Shown: positions 40,113 through 51,269, counted from the first letter of the stretch. The stretch: DNA of 64,000 nt from Alphaproteobacteria bacterium (GCA_964291265.2 OZ219747.1:1184001-1248000), one strand, 5' to 3'. The notes: generated by a model from the letters alone, not told the origin. Numbers and translations: made by a program.

Positions 40113-42812
40113 ATGCAGGCAACGGAGCGCGCACCACGGTTCACGGGCTGGCTTTCCACCGACGAAGAGGAAGTGAAGAGGCGATGGTGGCGCGGCCGCA
40201 TCGACATCGTCACCGTGGAACCTCGCGGAGACGGAATCTTCACCGACTATGACGTCACCTCGTCGAGTGGCTCAACCTACCGGGTGGAACTGAGGAGCCT
40301 CGGCGAGCGGATCAACACCTGCAACTGCGCTGATTTCCGCACCAACCGCCTCGGGACATGCAAGCACATCGAAGGCGTCCTTCACCATGTGGGACAGGCG
40401 CAGGGACACAATCCGAGGATCGAGGTCTTTGTCGACGAGCGCGAGGCGCGATCGCTGGCATGTGTGGTTCCCGAGGGCGTGTCGACCTCTTTCGCCGATG
40501 AGGTGCGGCGCCTGTGCAACGACGGTTCCCTGGAGGCACTCCGTGCGCTCGAGGATCTGGCAGAAGGGAACGGCAGCGCACTGAGGATTTCGGAAAGGGT
40601 CGCGGGCTGGCTTGAGGACGGGGAGCGCAAGAGGCGCAGACAACTCGACCGCTCGGACTTCGAGAAACGGCTGGCGAGCGGGGAGGCGGCCTTCGACATG
40701 CTCAAGGTGCGGCTCTACGACTATCAGGTCGCCGGAGCGCTCCACCTCGCCTTTACCGAGCGGGCGCTTCTGGCCGATGAAATGGGCCTCGGCAAGACAG
40801 TCCAGGCCATTGCCGCTGCGACCCTGCTTCGGCAGTTGCGCGGCATCTCTCGGGTTCTCGTCGTCTCGCCGGCGTCGCTCAAGGGCGAGTGGGACGACCA
40901 GATCGCCAAGTTCACGGATCTATCGGCAACGATCGTCAGGGGAAATCTCACGGAGCGCTGCAGGGCCTATCGTTCGGGAGCCTTCTTCACTCTTGCCAAC
41001 TATGAACAGATCCGCTCCGACTGGGAGACGATCGGCGAGTGCCTTGCGCCGGACGTGGTTGTGCTCGACGAGGCCCAGCGGATCAAGAACTGGCAGACAA
41101 GGACGGCGGATGCCGTCAAGAAACTGAGGAGCCGCTACGCCTTCGTGCTGACGGGGACGCCGATCGAAAACAGGATTGATGAACTCTATTCGCTCGTGCA
41201 GTTCCTTGATCCCGACCTTCTCGGTCCACTGTTCCGTTTCAACCGCGAGCACTATGTCCTCGATGATCGCGGTCGGCCCACCGGCTTCCAGAATCTCGAC
41301 AAGCTCTCCGAGAAGGTAGCGACAATCATGTTGCGCCGCCGCAAGGATGACGTCGAGGACCAGCTCCCTCCGCGTACCAGCAAGACCCTTCTGGTGCCGA
41401 TGACCGACGATCAGTGGCGTGTGCATGACGACTACCGCAACCTCGTTGCGAGACTCGCTCACATAGCCAAGAGACGACCACTGAGCCCTGACGAATTCAA
41501 GAGGATGCAGGGCTATCTCGCGTGCATGCGCATGAGCTGCGATACCCTCTACATCCTTGACGATGATCACGATGAATGTCCGAAGCTCGAGGAGATCGAG
41601 AAGATCCTGGACGACCTTCTCGAAGAGTCGACATCCAAGGTGGTGGTCTTTTCTGAATGGGTAAGGATGCTCGATCTGGTTCGTGCTCATGCGAGCGAAC
41701 GGGGAATCGAACATGCCCTTCACACGGGAAGCGTGTCACAGGAAAGGCGCCGCGCGGAGATCCAGCGTTTCCGCCAGGATCCGGCATGCAGGATCCTCCT
41801 GACATCCGATTCGGGAGGGGTGGGCCTCAATCTCCAGGTTGCCGACAGCGTCATCAACATCGACCAGCCCTGGAACCCGGCGCGGCTTGAACAGCGCATC
41901 GCCCGAGTGTGGCGCAAGCACCAGACGCGCACGGTCCGAGTCTACAACCTCGTCGCCGAAAACACGATCGAGCACAACATGCTCGGCGTTCTTGCCAACA
42001 AGCAGGCGCTGGCGGACGGCGTTCTTGATGGTCGTGGCGACCTCTCAGCCATCACGATGCCGGGCGGACGCAAGGCCTTCATCGAACGTGTCAACTCGGT
42101 CCTCGGAATGGCCGGCGGGGACGCATCGCCGGCGAGGCAGGAGGAAGCGAAGCCGCAGAAGACACTCTTCGAGTGCCTGCGTGACCGGCTGCTTTCCCGG
42201 CATGGCGACGCGGTGCAGGGAATCTTCGGCCGCAAGGACGGGTCCAGTTTCCTCGCTGTTCTCGATCTCGCAACAGACGACATCACGGCGCTGGAGCAGG
42301 AGTGCAGCCAGTGGAAGGAACTCGGCGGAGCGGACATCAGGATGATCGATCCCGCGACTCGGGAACAGATGGAGAATCTTGCGAAGACCGGTCTCATCGC
42401 GGTTGATCCGGAGTACATGGAGCAGGCCTGGCCGGATGACGAGACCAGGGAACTCAACCAGCGACGCGTGCGCTGGTCGCAGGCACGGAACCTGATCGAA
42501 CCTGCCGGGCGCAAACTGAAGGCGGCGAGGCTCCTTGCCGGTGGAGGGCTCCTCGACGAGGCGCGCCCGCCGGCTGTCGACTCCATGATGCTGGCAACCC
42601 GTGCGCTCGCCGTCCTCGACAATGCCGCCGAACCCGCCGATGCCGACGAGGCCTATGCCTTCCTCGTGCTGCGGCAGATCGAGGCGGATACGCTGGATCC
42701 GTCGCGACTCGCCATGGAGATGCTGGGTGGGGCTGAACTCGATGACGAAAGCCTGATTGCCGTCGGCACATTCACCGACAAGGTCACGAGCATGATCGGG
42801 GACGCGCCATGA
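40113..42812 (+). CDS. SWIM zinc finger + SNF2-family helicase/ATPase
   Basis: CNCADF..NRLGTCKH; DEMGLGKT; DEAQRIKN; LTGTPIEN; GGVGLNLQ; WNPARLEQRIAR; AAGGAG RBS. Confidence 0.93.
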   Translation: MQATERAPRFTGWLSTDEEEVKRRWWRGRIDIVTVEPRGDGIFTDYDVTSSSGSTYRVELRSLGERINTCNCADFRTNRLGTCKHIEGVLHHVGQAQGHNPRIEVFVDEREARSLACVVPEGVSTSFADEVRRLCNDGSLEALRALEDLAEGNGSALRISERVAGWLEDGERKRRRQLDRSDFEKRLASGEAAFDMLKVRLYDYQVAGALHLAFTERALLADEMGLGKTVQAIAAATLLRQLRGISRVLVVSPASLKGEWDDQIAKFTDLSATIVRGNLTERCRAYRSGAFFTLANYEQIRSDWETIGECLAPDVVVLDEAQRIKNWQTRTADAVKKLRSRYAFVLTGTPIENRIDELYSLVQFLDPDLLGPLFRFNREHYVLDDRGRPTGFQNLDKLSEKVATIMLRRRKDDVEDQLPPRTSKTLLVPMTDDQWRVHDDYRNLVARLAHIAKRRPLSPDEFKRMQGYLACMRMSCDTLYILDDDHDECPKLEEIEKILDDLLEESTSKVVVFSEWVRMLDLVRAHASERGIEHALHTGSVSQERRRAEIQRFRQDPACRILLTSDSGGVGLNLQVADSVINIDQPWNPARLEQRIARVWRKHQTRTVRVYNLVAENTIEHNMLGVLANKQALADGVLDGRGDLSAITMPGGRKAFIERVNSVLGMAGGDASPARQEEAKPQKTLFECLRDRLLSRHGDAVQGIFGRKDGSSFLAVLDLATDDITALEQECSQWKELGGADIRMIDPATREQMENLAKTGLIAVDPEYMEQAWPDDETRELNQRRVRWSQARNLIEPAGRKLKAARLLAGGGLLDEARPPAVDSMMLATRALAVLDNAAEPADADEAYAFLVLRQIEADTLDPSRLAMEMLGGAELDDESLIAVGTFTDKVTSMIGDAP

Positions 42813-42957
42813 CCAGGGACCTGACATGATCGGCGAGGCCCGCCGGACAGCACGAATCCGTCGGAACACCGTACGGTTCCGCAATGACGTGGTCCGTTGA
42901 AGTGAGATCGGGAATCAGTCAGTCTAGGGACGAAACCCCAACACTGGAGGACGGATC

Positions 42958-43959
42958 GTGACACTGTTCAGACTTGCAACAAGCGCGTTGGCTGCAATGG
43001 TCCTGATCGGGACCGGCTTCGGCGTCCCTGACAGGGCGGGCGCGCAGGACAAGACGTTCATCTCGATTGGAACGGGTGGCCCGACCGGTGTCTACTTCGT
43101 GGTCGGCAACTCCGTTTGCCGCATGGTCCACAAGGAAGCTGCCGAGGGTCGGTCGTCAGGCCGCCAGCACGGCATTCGCTGTGCCGCGCCTTCCACAGGT
43201 GGTTCCACCTACAACATCGGCCAGATCTGTCAGGGCGAGCTCGAGTTCGGCGTTGCCCAGTCCGACTGGCAGTTCCACGCCGTCAATGGCAGCTCCGACA
43301 AGGTCACCAACTGTCCCGGTCTCCGCGCGGTTTTCTCTGTGCACGGCGAGCCCTTCCACCTCATCGCCGGCGCGGGGACCGACATCGGCTCCTTCACCGA
43401 CACGATGGGCGTGCGCATGAACATTGGCAATCCCGGCTCGGGCCAGCGCGGCACGACGGAGGTGCTGATGGAAGGCTACGGCATGACCACCGACGACTTT
43501 GCAGCGGCAACGGAATTGACCTCGACAGAACAGTCCCAGGCTCTCTGTGACGGCAAGATCGATGCCTATGGCTACACCGTCGGTGTCCCCAACGCAGGCG
43601 TGTCCGTGGCAACCGACGGATGCGATGCCTACATCGTCGATCTCACCGGCGAGGTCGAGCGGCAGTTGGTGGCCGACAATCCCTACTATGCCTTCACCAC
43701 CATTCCGGCTGGGACATACAAGACCACGACCGACGACGTGACGACCTTCGGTGTCATGGCGACCTTCGTCAGCCACGAGAACGTGCCGGATGAGGTGGTC
43801 TACGAGGTCACCCGTGCCGTGATGGAGAACCTGGACGACTTCAGGTCCCTGCATCCTGCGTTCAGGAATCTCGATCCCGCTGACATGATCAAGAACGGGT
43901 TGTCGGCCCCGGTCCACCCGGGAGCGGCGAAGTACTACGCGGAACAGGGCTGGATGTAA
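42958..43959 (+). CDS. TAXI-family TRAP transporter solute-binding subunit
   Basis: Signal peptide; IGTGGPTGVY, STGGS.YN, GNPGSG, HPGAAKYY. Confidence 0.93.
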   Translation: MTLFRLATSALAAMVLIGTGFGVPDRAGAQDKTFISIGTGGPTGVYFVVGNSVCRMVHKEAAEGRSSGRQHGIRCAAPSTGGSTYNIGQICQGELEFGVAQSDWQFHAVNGSSDKVTNCPGLRAVFSVHGEPFHLIAGAGTDIGSFTDTMGVRMNIGNPGSGQRGTTEVLMEGYGMTTDDFAAATELTSTEQSQALCDGKIDAYGYTVGVPNAGVSVATDGCDAYIVDLTGEVERQLVADNPYYAFTTIPAGTYKTTTDDVTTFGVMATFVSHENVPDEVVYEVTRAVMENLDDFRSLHPAFRNLDPADMIKNGLSAPVHPGAAKYYAEQGWM

Positions 43960-43972
43960 TCCTCGCGTCCGA

Positions 43973-44006
43973 AACGGCCGGCACCGCTCATCGGGTGCCG
44001 GCCGTT
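43973..44006 (+). terminator. Intergenic stem-loop between the TAXI SBP and permease genes
   Basis: AACGGCCGGCACC-gctcatcg-GGTGCCGGCCGTT, perfect 13-bp stem. Confidence 0.6.
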
Positions 44007-44017
44007 CGCTGGCAGGT

Positions 44018-46390
44018 ATGCTCGTGACGCAGAGCGGGCCGGTGCCGGAGCCGTCTGGAGCTGCAGGGAATCCGGAGACATTCGAGCACCAGGGACGTCG
44101 GCAGGGGCCGCGCGCGGCGCAGACCGTCGGCCTCCTCTGCTTCTTCTGGTCCGTCTATCAGCTGTGGATCGCCTCACCCTTTCCCTTCATGCTGGACTTC
44201 GCCGTCATCGGCGATGTGCCGGCACGAGGACTCCATCTCTCGTTCGCGTTGCTGCTCTGTTTCCTGATCTATCCGGTGTCGCGGCGCTGGAGGGAGCGCG
44301 GACTGCCGCCCTGGGATATCGCCCTGGCGGTCACCGGCCTGGTCGTCGCCTCCTATCTCTTCTTCGGTTGGCACGGTCTCGTTTCCCGCCATGGCCTGCT
44401 CTATGTCTGGAACGGCATTCCGATCGAGGCCATTCTCGGTGGCGTCGGCATCCTGCTCCTGCTGGACGCCACGCGCCGCGCGATCGGAATCCCGCTGGTC
44501 ATCGTCTGCAGCATGTTCCTGGTCTACTCGATCTTCGGCCAGTCGATGCCCGACATCATCTCGCACAAGGGACTCAGCCTGACGAGGCTGATTGGATATC
44601 AGTGGCTGACAGGTGAAGCCGTCTTCGGCATTCCCATCAGCGTTTCGGTCGGTTTCGTCTTCCTGTTCGTGTTGTTTGGCGCCTTGCTCGACAAGGCCGG
44701 CGCGGGACAGTACTTCCTCGCCCTTTCCTTCGCCATGGTCGGACGTTTCAGCGGAGGCCCCGCCAAGGCGGCGATCCTGGCGTCGGGCATGACGGGCATG
44801 ATTTCAGGTTCGTCGATCGCCAATGTGGTGACCACGGGCACGTTCACGATTCCCGTCATGAGACGGATCGGAATGCCCGCAGTGAAGGCCGGCGCCATCG
44901 AGGTCGCTGCGTCGACCAACGGCCAGATCATGCCCCCGATCATGGGAGCTGCCGCCTTCATCATCGCCGAGTTCATCGGCATCTCCTATTTCGACGTGGT
45001 CGTGGCGGCAGCGATTCCGGCGGTCCTCAGCTATGTCGCGCTGCTCTACATCTCCCATCTCGAGGCGGCGAAACTCGGTCTGAAGAGACTTCCTCCAGCG
45101 GAGATTCCGCCGCTGGGCGCGACCTTCCGCGCCGGCGTCCATCACCTGGTTCCCATCGTCATTCTCGTCTACCTGCTCATGGTGGAGCGGTGGAGCGCAC
45201 ACAGCGCCGTCTTCTATTCGATTCTCTCGGTCATGGTGATCATCGTTGCGCGCCGGATCGTCGCGTCGGCTCGCGGGCACGGCCAGCCACTCGTGGAAGC
45301 GGTCCGTGACGGCCTTACCGAGATCTACCTCGGCATGGTTGCCGGAGCGCGCAACATGGTCGGGATCGCCATCGCCGTGGCAGCCGCCGGCATCATCGTC
45401 GGCGCCGTGTCATCGACCGGCCTCAACAACGCCATGGTCGGCGTCGTCGAGGCGATCGCCGGAGGCAACATCTACATCCTGCTGGGGTTGACCGCCGTCC
45501 TCTGCATCATCCTCGGCATGGGGCTCCCGACGACCGCCAACTACCTGGTCGTCGCCTCCCTCCTGGCCGGCGTACTGGTGGAGCTCGGCGGCGCGGCGGG
45601 ACTCGTTCTGCCGCTCATCGCCGTTCACCTCTACGTCTTCTACTACGGTCTGCTGGCGGACTCGACACCACCCGTCTGCCTTGCCGCCTTCGCCGCCTCG
45701 GCGATCTCCAGGGCCGATCCCCTGAAGACCGGAGTGCAGTCATTCCTCTACGACATTCGCACGGCGATACTCCCGCTGGTATTCCTGTTCAACACGGAAC
45801 TGCTGCTCATCGGCGTCGAGAGCATCTGGCATGGCGCCCTTGTGACGGTGATGTCGTTGCTCGCGATCCTCGCCTTCAGTTCCCTTACTCAGGGCTGGAT
45901 GTTCGTCAGGGTGCGCTGGCACGAATCGATCCTGCTCGCTCTCGCCTGCTTCATGCTGTTTCGCCCCGGTTTCTTCATGGACCAGCTGGCGCCGCCGTTC
46001 GAGCCCGTCGCATTCGAGTCCTTCGTCTCGGGCGAGTTCGCGCCCGAGCCCGGCCGCCAGGTCCGCCTGCACGTGACGCGTGCGACGGACTATGGCGAAC
46101 GGTTCAAGCTGTTCGTGCTGGAGACGCCGGCCGAACAGGCGGTGACACCGTCAGAAACCTTCGGTGTCCACCTGGCGAGGGAGGATGAGCGCACGTTCAT
46201 CGTGACCGACCTTGCCTGGAACGGCATGGCGGAACAGGCAGGAATGGCCTGGGGCGACTACGTGACAGGGGTCGACATGGAACAGCGTCAACTGCCTCCC
46301 AAGGAGCTCGTCTACCCCGTCGGCCTGTTGCTGCTGGGCCTGGTCCTCGCATCGCAATTCCTGCGCGGCAGGCGCGCTGCTTCTCTCTGA
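44018..46390 (+). CDS. TRAP transporter fused (4TM/12TM) permease
   Basis: GGPAKAA, SGSSIANVVTTG, GQIMPPIMGAAAF, GMGLPTTANY, TPPV. Confidence 0.93.
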   Translation: MLVTQSGPVPEPSGAAGNPETFEHQGRRQGPRAAQTVGLLCFFWSVYQLWIASPFPFMLDFAVIGDVPARGLHLSFALLLCFLIYPVSRRWRERGLPPWDIALAVTGLVVASYLFFGWHGLVSRHGLLYVWNGIPIEAILGGVGILLLLDATRRAIGIPLVIVCSMFLVYSIFGQSMPDIISHKGLSLTRLIGYQWLTGEAVFGIPISVSVGFVFLFVLFGALLDKAGAGQYFLALSFAMVGRFSGGPAKAAILASGMTGMISGSSIANVVTTGTFTIPVMRRIGMPAVKAGAIEVAASTNGQIMPPIMGAAAFIIAEFIGISYFDVVVAAAIPAVLSYVALLYISHLEAAKLGLKRLPPAEIPPLGATFRAGVHHLVPIVILVYLLMVERWSAHSAVFYSILSVMVIIVARRIVASARGHGQPLVEAVRDGLTEIYLGMVAGARNMVGIAIAVAAAGIIVGAVSSTGLNNAMVGVVEAIAGGNIYILLGLTAVLCIILGMGLPTTANYLVVASLLAGVLVELGGAAGLVLPLIAVHLYVFYYGLLADSTPPVCLAAFAASAISRADPLKTGVQSFLYDIRTAILPLVFLFNTELLLIGVESIWHGALVTVMSLLAILAFSSLTQGWMFVRVRWHESILLALACFMLFRPGFFMDQLAPPFEPVAFESFVSGEFAPEPGRQVRLHVTRATDYGERFKLFVLETPAEQAVTPSETFGVHLAREDERTFIVTDLAWNGMAEQAGMAWGDYVTGVDMEQRQLPPKELVYPVGLLLLGLVLASQFLRGRRAASL

Positions 46391-47010
46391 AAGAACCGCA
46401 GGACCGTCGGTCGCGACAGTACGCCATCATGTCCGGGCACGGGGCGCCTTCACGAACACCGGCGTGCGGTTGCTCAAGACGCCCGCCGGGGAGGGGCGAC
46501 CGGAACGGCTCCACCATGAGCGAGGTTGAGCGGCGGGAACGGTGATGCAAACAACCGGTAGCGATCGTGCGATGATCGCCGGCACAGCTGCATGTTGGCG
46601 CAAGTGTTCGATCAAGGGGTACGACGATGAGGATGACGCTGGCAACCAGGCACCGTCCCGGGTCTCGCCCGCATTCGCCCGGTTCCATCATGCCCCTGTC
46701 ACTGCGCGACCGAACGCTTGTCATTCGGCGAAGGAGCGGGAAGGAACAGGGACGATCATTGTCGCCGAAGCCGTGTCGGACCACTGACCGCTGGCCGGGG
46801 ATGTGGCCATCGTCTCCCGTTGTTGACGTGCCGGATGGACGGAGGAGGCCTGCCGCATCCGCCTTGAGTTGCCGGGAGCGGCATGACGTCGAGACAGTGG
46901 ATGTGCACGAGCCAGGGTGCCGCAAGGCCCGTGTGGTCGAGGGCATGATTGATCGCACCTGCGAGGTGACGTAGTGTCACGCCATCCGCATTGGTCGACA
47001 TGAAGAACTC

Positions 47011-47244
47011 ATGAACCTGCAAGTCACCGCCCGGTTGCCGGCCTGGATCGGGGCGGCCTTGGACGGGACCGCCACGGAGCTCAGGTGCAGCCGGGCAGAT
47101 GTCAAGCGTCTTGCCATCGCGAACTATCTCGAGGACTTTGACGATCTGTCTGTCGCCATCGCCAGGTTCCACGCCCCCGACGATGCGGTCCTGGACCGGG
47201 AGCGGGTCCACCGTCAACTTCTCGATGCGGAGCAAGGAAAGTGA
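47011..47244 (+). CDS. Ribbon-helix-helix (RelB/CopG-like) antitoxin, eroded
   Basis: QVTARLP...SRADV.RLAI.NYLEDFDDL...VLD pattern, upstream of a RelE-like remnant. Confidence 0.65.
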   Translation: MNLQVTARLPAWIGAALDGTATELRCSRADVKRLAIANYLEDFDDLSVAIARFHAPDDAVLDRERVHRQLLDAEQGK

Positions 47245-47468
47245 GGTCAGGGGACTCAGGCGCGTTGTCATTCCGCATCGTGGCGGCGATCGATCGACCG
47301 GCGGAGACTCCTCTTCCCGGAGCGTCACTGAAGGGCGACTTCGGGAGATTGCGCCGGTTCATTGTTGGTAGCTGTCGCATCCTGTACGAACTGCGCGACG
47401 ACGAACTCGTCCGGCCGGTTGTCCGAGTCGCCCATCGGGGCGACAGCTGTCGGTGGAGGCCGGGTTGA
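47205..47468 (+). pseudogene. RelE/ParE-family toxin pseudogene
   Basis: RIVAAIDR...SLKGDFGRLRRFIVGSCRILYE...VVRVAHR; N-terminus frameshifted; start approximate. Confidence 0.7.
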
Positions 47469-47727
47469 GCTCTGGCAGCCGACGATCTGTGGGGAAGTCA
47501 CTGCCGATCAGGCAGGCAGGGAACATGAGGATGGTCTTGTGCTGGCGCCACCAAAGGACGGTGCTGTCGCTTGGCTCGGCAGGCATGGCCAACCCTGGAG
47601 GACATCGGCTTCAGGGACGGACAGCGCATCTTCAACCGATCGACCACGTTCGAGTTCCATGGCCGAACGTGCTTGCTGTGCTTGAATCGTGGACCTGTGG
47701 CAAGGCCGGGACTGCAGGGTTGTCCGC

Positions 47728-49014
47728 ATGAACCCGAGACTCTTTCCGAAGCCGCCGCCAGCTGAACCCCTGCCGCTGGAGATATGGCTGGATCAGGCGG
47801 ATCGATCCGAGGTCGGCCGTGAGCCGTTCTTTCGGGGCCGTGACGAGGAGTTCGATGTGTTCCGCAGGGCGGTCAACAGTCTCGATGCAGGACGAATAGG
47901 TGGCGGTACGATGGTCTTCCAGGGCGCACCGGGTGCCGGGAAGTCTGCGTTGATGGAAGAGTGTCTGGAAGCCGTCCGACGTCATTCCACTCCAGAACGC
48001 CCCTGGGTGGCCGTGACGATGAATCCCGATTCCCTTCGGTCTCCTGTCGATGTCATCGAGGTATTGGTCGATGCGGCCAATGGAGAAAGCGTGCGCTTGC
48101 GGGAGGTGGCATCCGGTTCCGTCACCGTCACGGTTCTGGATCAGTTGATTGACCTGGGCAACAGGTTGTACCGGGAGCTGTCGGAGCGCGGTGGCGGAGC
48201 GTTCGGCCTGTCCTTGGGGGGGCGAAAGGATGCAGGAGTGACGGCCGGCAGGGTGTTTCGGAACGCTGCCCCACTCCTCGAGAAGTTCCATGTGGTGGTC
48301 TGTGTCGACGAAGCCCAGAACATGCCGGTCTCGGACCCGACCCGTGGAGTTCTCGACTGTCTGCATCGAGACCCTCAGGGGATTCCCCTTGTGGCGGCCT
48401 TCTTCGGCTTGGGCGACACCCAGGACGTGCTGAGCCAGTGCGGCCTGTCGAGGTTCGCCAGGGGGCGGATTGTCAACCTCGCCCCTTTGTCGGCCGATGA
48501 TGCGGCCTGCGCCATTCGGGATATGCTTGCAACCTACGGCTTCATGGGAACGTCGGAAGTCCGGTCGGCATGGGTCGACAATCTGGCGAAACTGTCCCAG
48601 GGGTGGCCGCAGCACATCAACAGCGTGTCCGTTGCAGCGAGTCGCATCATTCGGGAGAACGGTTGCCGGCTCGACTCGGCGAATCTGGATGCGGCCATGG
48701 CTGCTGGCGAGGAACACATGAACGAGTACTATGCAGGACGGCTTTCCGCGGGGTCGCAGGACCCCGGATTCTACAAGCGGCTTGCCTTGGTGGCCGAATC
48801 GAGGCCCGATGGGGTCTTGCCGCGCGCGGAACTGAGGCGTCTGGCCTCGATCTTGCAGGAAGAGTTACAAGGCAGTTTCGACGACTTGCTGACCAATGCC
48901 CTGCACGCCGGTCTGCTGGCGCCCATCAGGGATCTTCCCTACCACTATCATATTCCGATACCGTCCCTCAGCGACTACCTGCGGGCATTGCCGGTGGAAC
49001 CGGCGCAGGTTTGA
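47728..49014 (+). CDS. AAA/P-loop ATPase of unknown function
   Basis: FRGRDEE, Walker A GAPGAGKS, Walker B VCVDEAQ, SQGWPQH (GxP-like). Confidence 0.85.
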   Translation: MNPRLFPKPPPAEPLPLEIWLDQADRSEVGREPFFRGRDEEFDVFRRAVNSLDAGRIGGGTMVFQGAPGAGKSALMEECLEAVRRHSTPERPWVAVTMNPDSLRSPVDVIEVLVDAANGESVRLREVASGSVTVTVLDQLIDLGNRLYRELSERGGGAFGLSLGGRKDAGVTAGRVFRNAAPLLEKFHVVVCVDEAQNMPVSDPTRGVLDCLHRDPQGIPLVAAFFGLGDTQDVLSQCGLSRFARGRIVNLAPLSADDAACAIRDMLATYGFMGTSEVRSAWVDNLAKLSQGWPQHINSVSVAASRIIRENGCRLDSANLDAAMAAGEEHMNEYYAGRLSAGSQDPGFYKRLALVAESRPDGVLPRAELRRLASILQEELQGSFDDLLTNALHAGLLAPIRDLPYHYHIPIPSLSDYLRALPVEPAQV

Positions 49015-49385
49015 CGGGATGTCTGTGCCGGTGTCCGGGTCGCCCATCGTTGGCGGCTGACCGTCCCGGCGTCCTGATCGAAGACACTGGACCTGCCACG
49101 GGAGTGTCGGTCCCGTTGCGCCCTGTCGAAGTCGCCACGGGACAATTCAGACCCTGATCCTTGTCGCGAAGCGCGGCACGGGGACGGGCTTCCGGGCCGC
49201 TCCACTCTTTCGGTTCCCTGGCAGGAGGCGTGATTCCCGGCAACACGACCCTGGCGAAGTCCCCGCGCGGAACACGTCGATGTTCCTGATGGCCGGGAAC
49301 CCTGGCTTCGCCGGTCGCGAACCGGCACGAGGATGCAGGGATGCGCTTGCGCTCTCTCATGTCTCATGCATGATTGACGCACGCT

Positions 49386-50975
49386 TCAAGGAACGATGCT
49401 GGCCCGGATGAGGTCGACCGCCTTCTCGCCTGCCATGATCGTGGGCGCGTTGAGATTGCCGCTGGTGATGGACGGAAAGATCGAACTGTCGACCACCCTC
49501 AGGCCGGAAAGGCCGCGGACCCGGCATTCGGGATCGACCACGGCAAGGTCGTCCGTTCCCATCCTGCACGTGGAACAGGGGTGGTAGCCGGTTTCGGCCT
49601 TGTGTCGTATCACTTCGTCGATGTCGGCGTCGCTCCGGGCGCCGTCCCAGGCGTCCGCTTCCCGTGTCCGGTAGGGGGCGAGGGCCGGCTGCATGGCGAT
49701 GTCGCGCGCCTGGCGGACGCACATCCTCAGATCTTCGAGGTCTGACGGCTCGCTCAGGAAGCGGAAATCAACGGCCGGCCGGATGGCGGGATCGGCAGAC
49801 CTGAGTCTCACCTCGCCACGACTGCGTTCCCGCAAGGTACCGACACATATGGTGAATCCGCCGGTATCGGACGGGATGTCGTGGTCACGGAGGAAGAACG
49901 GAAAGAAGTGATACTGGATGTCCGGGTGAGGCATGTCGTCGCGGGTCTTCGTGAAGGCGCCGGTGAAGACGGCGTTTGTGGCGCAGATGCCGCTCCGGTT
50001 CAGGAACCACCGGGCCCCGGCCATGGCCTTGGAGACCGGGCCGGCGTAGCGGTTGAGCGCATGGCGAACGGGTCCTTGGAACGGGATGTGAAGTTCGACG
50101 TGCTCCTGGAGATTCTGTCCGACACCGGGCAGGTCGTGACGCACGACGATTCCGAAGTCACGCAGGTGGAAGGCCGGACCGATGCCCGACAGCATCAGGA
50201 TGTGAGGCGAGCCGAACGGACCAGCCGACAGGACGACCTCCCGGGAGCAGTGCACGATCTCGATGTCTCGGCCCCGCCCAATCCTGACGCCGGTGGCGCG
50301 GTCCCCGTCGATCTCGATTCCGACAACCTCGGCATGGGTTCTGATATCGAGGTTGGGACGATGACGTGCGGGTTCGAGATAGGCGCTGGCCGTGCTGACG
50401 CGCCTGCCGTCGGCTATCGATGCATCGAACCGGCCCATGCCTTCCTGGTTCTCGCCGTTGAAGTCGTCGCTGCGGCGAAACCCCGCCTCGAGACCCGCCT
50501 CGACGAAGGCATCGCTCATCGGCAGGCGAAATGACAGGGGTCCTGTGTGCACCGGACCGCTTCCACCACGAAAGTCCGTTTCGCCGCCGGCGTGTGTCTC
50601 GAGCCTCTTGAAGAAAGGCAGCACCTGGCAAAACGACCAGCCTGTGGCGCCTTCGTCCTCCCAGCGATCGAAGTCCATCGGGTGACCCCTCAGGAACGCC
50701 ATGCCGTTGATGGCAGACGAGCCACCAAGTCCCTTGCCGCGGGGCTGGAAGATCCGCCGTCCCGCCAAGTTGTCCTGGGGTTCGGACCACCAGGCCCAGT
50801 TGTAGGGTCCCCCGGTCCAGTTGAGATAGTAGCCGAGTGGCATGTCGATTGACCAGTGCCGCGCCCTTCCGCCGGCCTCGAGCAGCAGCACCCGGACCTG
50901 CGGATCCTCGCTGAGGCGTGCTGCGATCACACTGCCCGACGATCCGGCTCCGACAACGATGTAATCCGGCGTCAT
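49386..50975 (-). CDS. GMC oxidoreductase (choline dehydrogenase-like)
   Basis: VGAGSSG, RGKGLGGSSAINGM, GVGQNLQEH, YHPCSTCRMG, GNLNAPTIM. Confidence 0.9.
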   Translation of the reverse strand: MTPDYIVVGAGSSGSVIAARLSEDPQVRVLLLEAGGRARHWSIDMPLGYYLNWTGGPYNWAWWSEPQDNLAGRRIFQPRGKGLGGSSAINGMAFLRGHPMDFDRWEDEGATGWSFCQVLPFFKRLETHAGGETDFRGGSGPVHTGPLSFRLPMSDAFVEAGLEAGFRRSDDFNGENQEGMGRFDASIADGRRVSTASAYLEPARHRPNLDIRTHAEVVGIEIDGDRATGVRIGRGRDIEIVHCSREVVLSAGPFGSPHILMLSGIGPAFHLRDFGIVVRHDLPGVGQNLQEHVELHIPFQGPVRHALNRYAGPVSKAMAGARWFLNRSGICATNAVFTGAFTKTRDDMPHPDIQYHFFPFFLRDHDIPSDTGGFTICVGTLRERSRGEVRLRSADPAIRPAVDFRFLSEPSDLEDLRMCVRQARDIAMQPALAPYRTREADAWDGARSDADIDEVIRHKAETGYHPCSTCRMGTDDLAVVDPECRVRGLSGLRVVDSSIFPSITSGNLNAPTIMAGEKAVDLIRASIVP

Positions 50976-51269
50976 GGCCCATACCAAGCGGCAAGTCGTG
51001 AAGGGAACAGCCCCCTGCACGAAGTCTGGCTTCGGGAGGCTCCTGCTCCGCGGACCATTCTGTCCTCTCCTGAAGACACGTGATGGATCATGTCAGCCCC
51101 TTGTGTACCGGATTTCAACTGTCGGCGGCGATTTAGAACGGCGGGATATTGGCGGAGAACCGCTCTTTTGGGCGCTGATCGTGTGAGTGGGTGACCACGA
51201 CAGGAGAACGTGCGGCATTGGACGAAGGTCCGCCCGGTCTTTGTTTTCTGCCTATTGTTGGATCCCATT

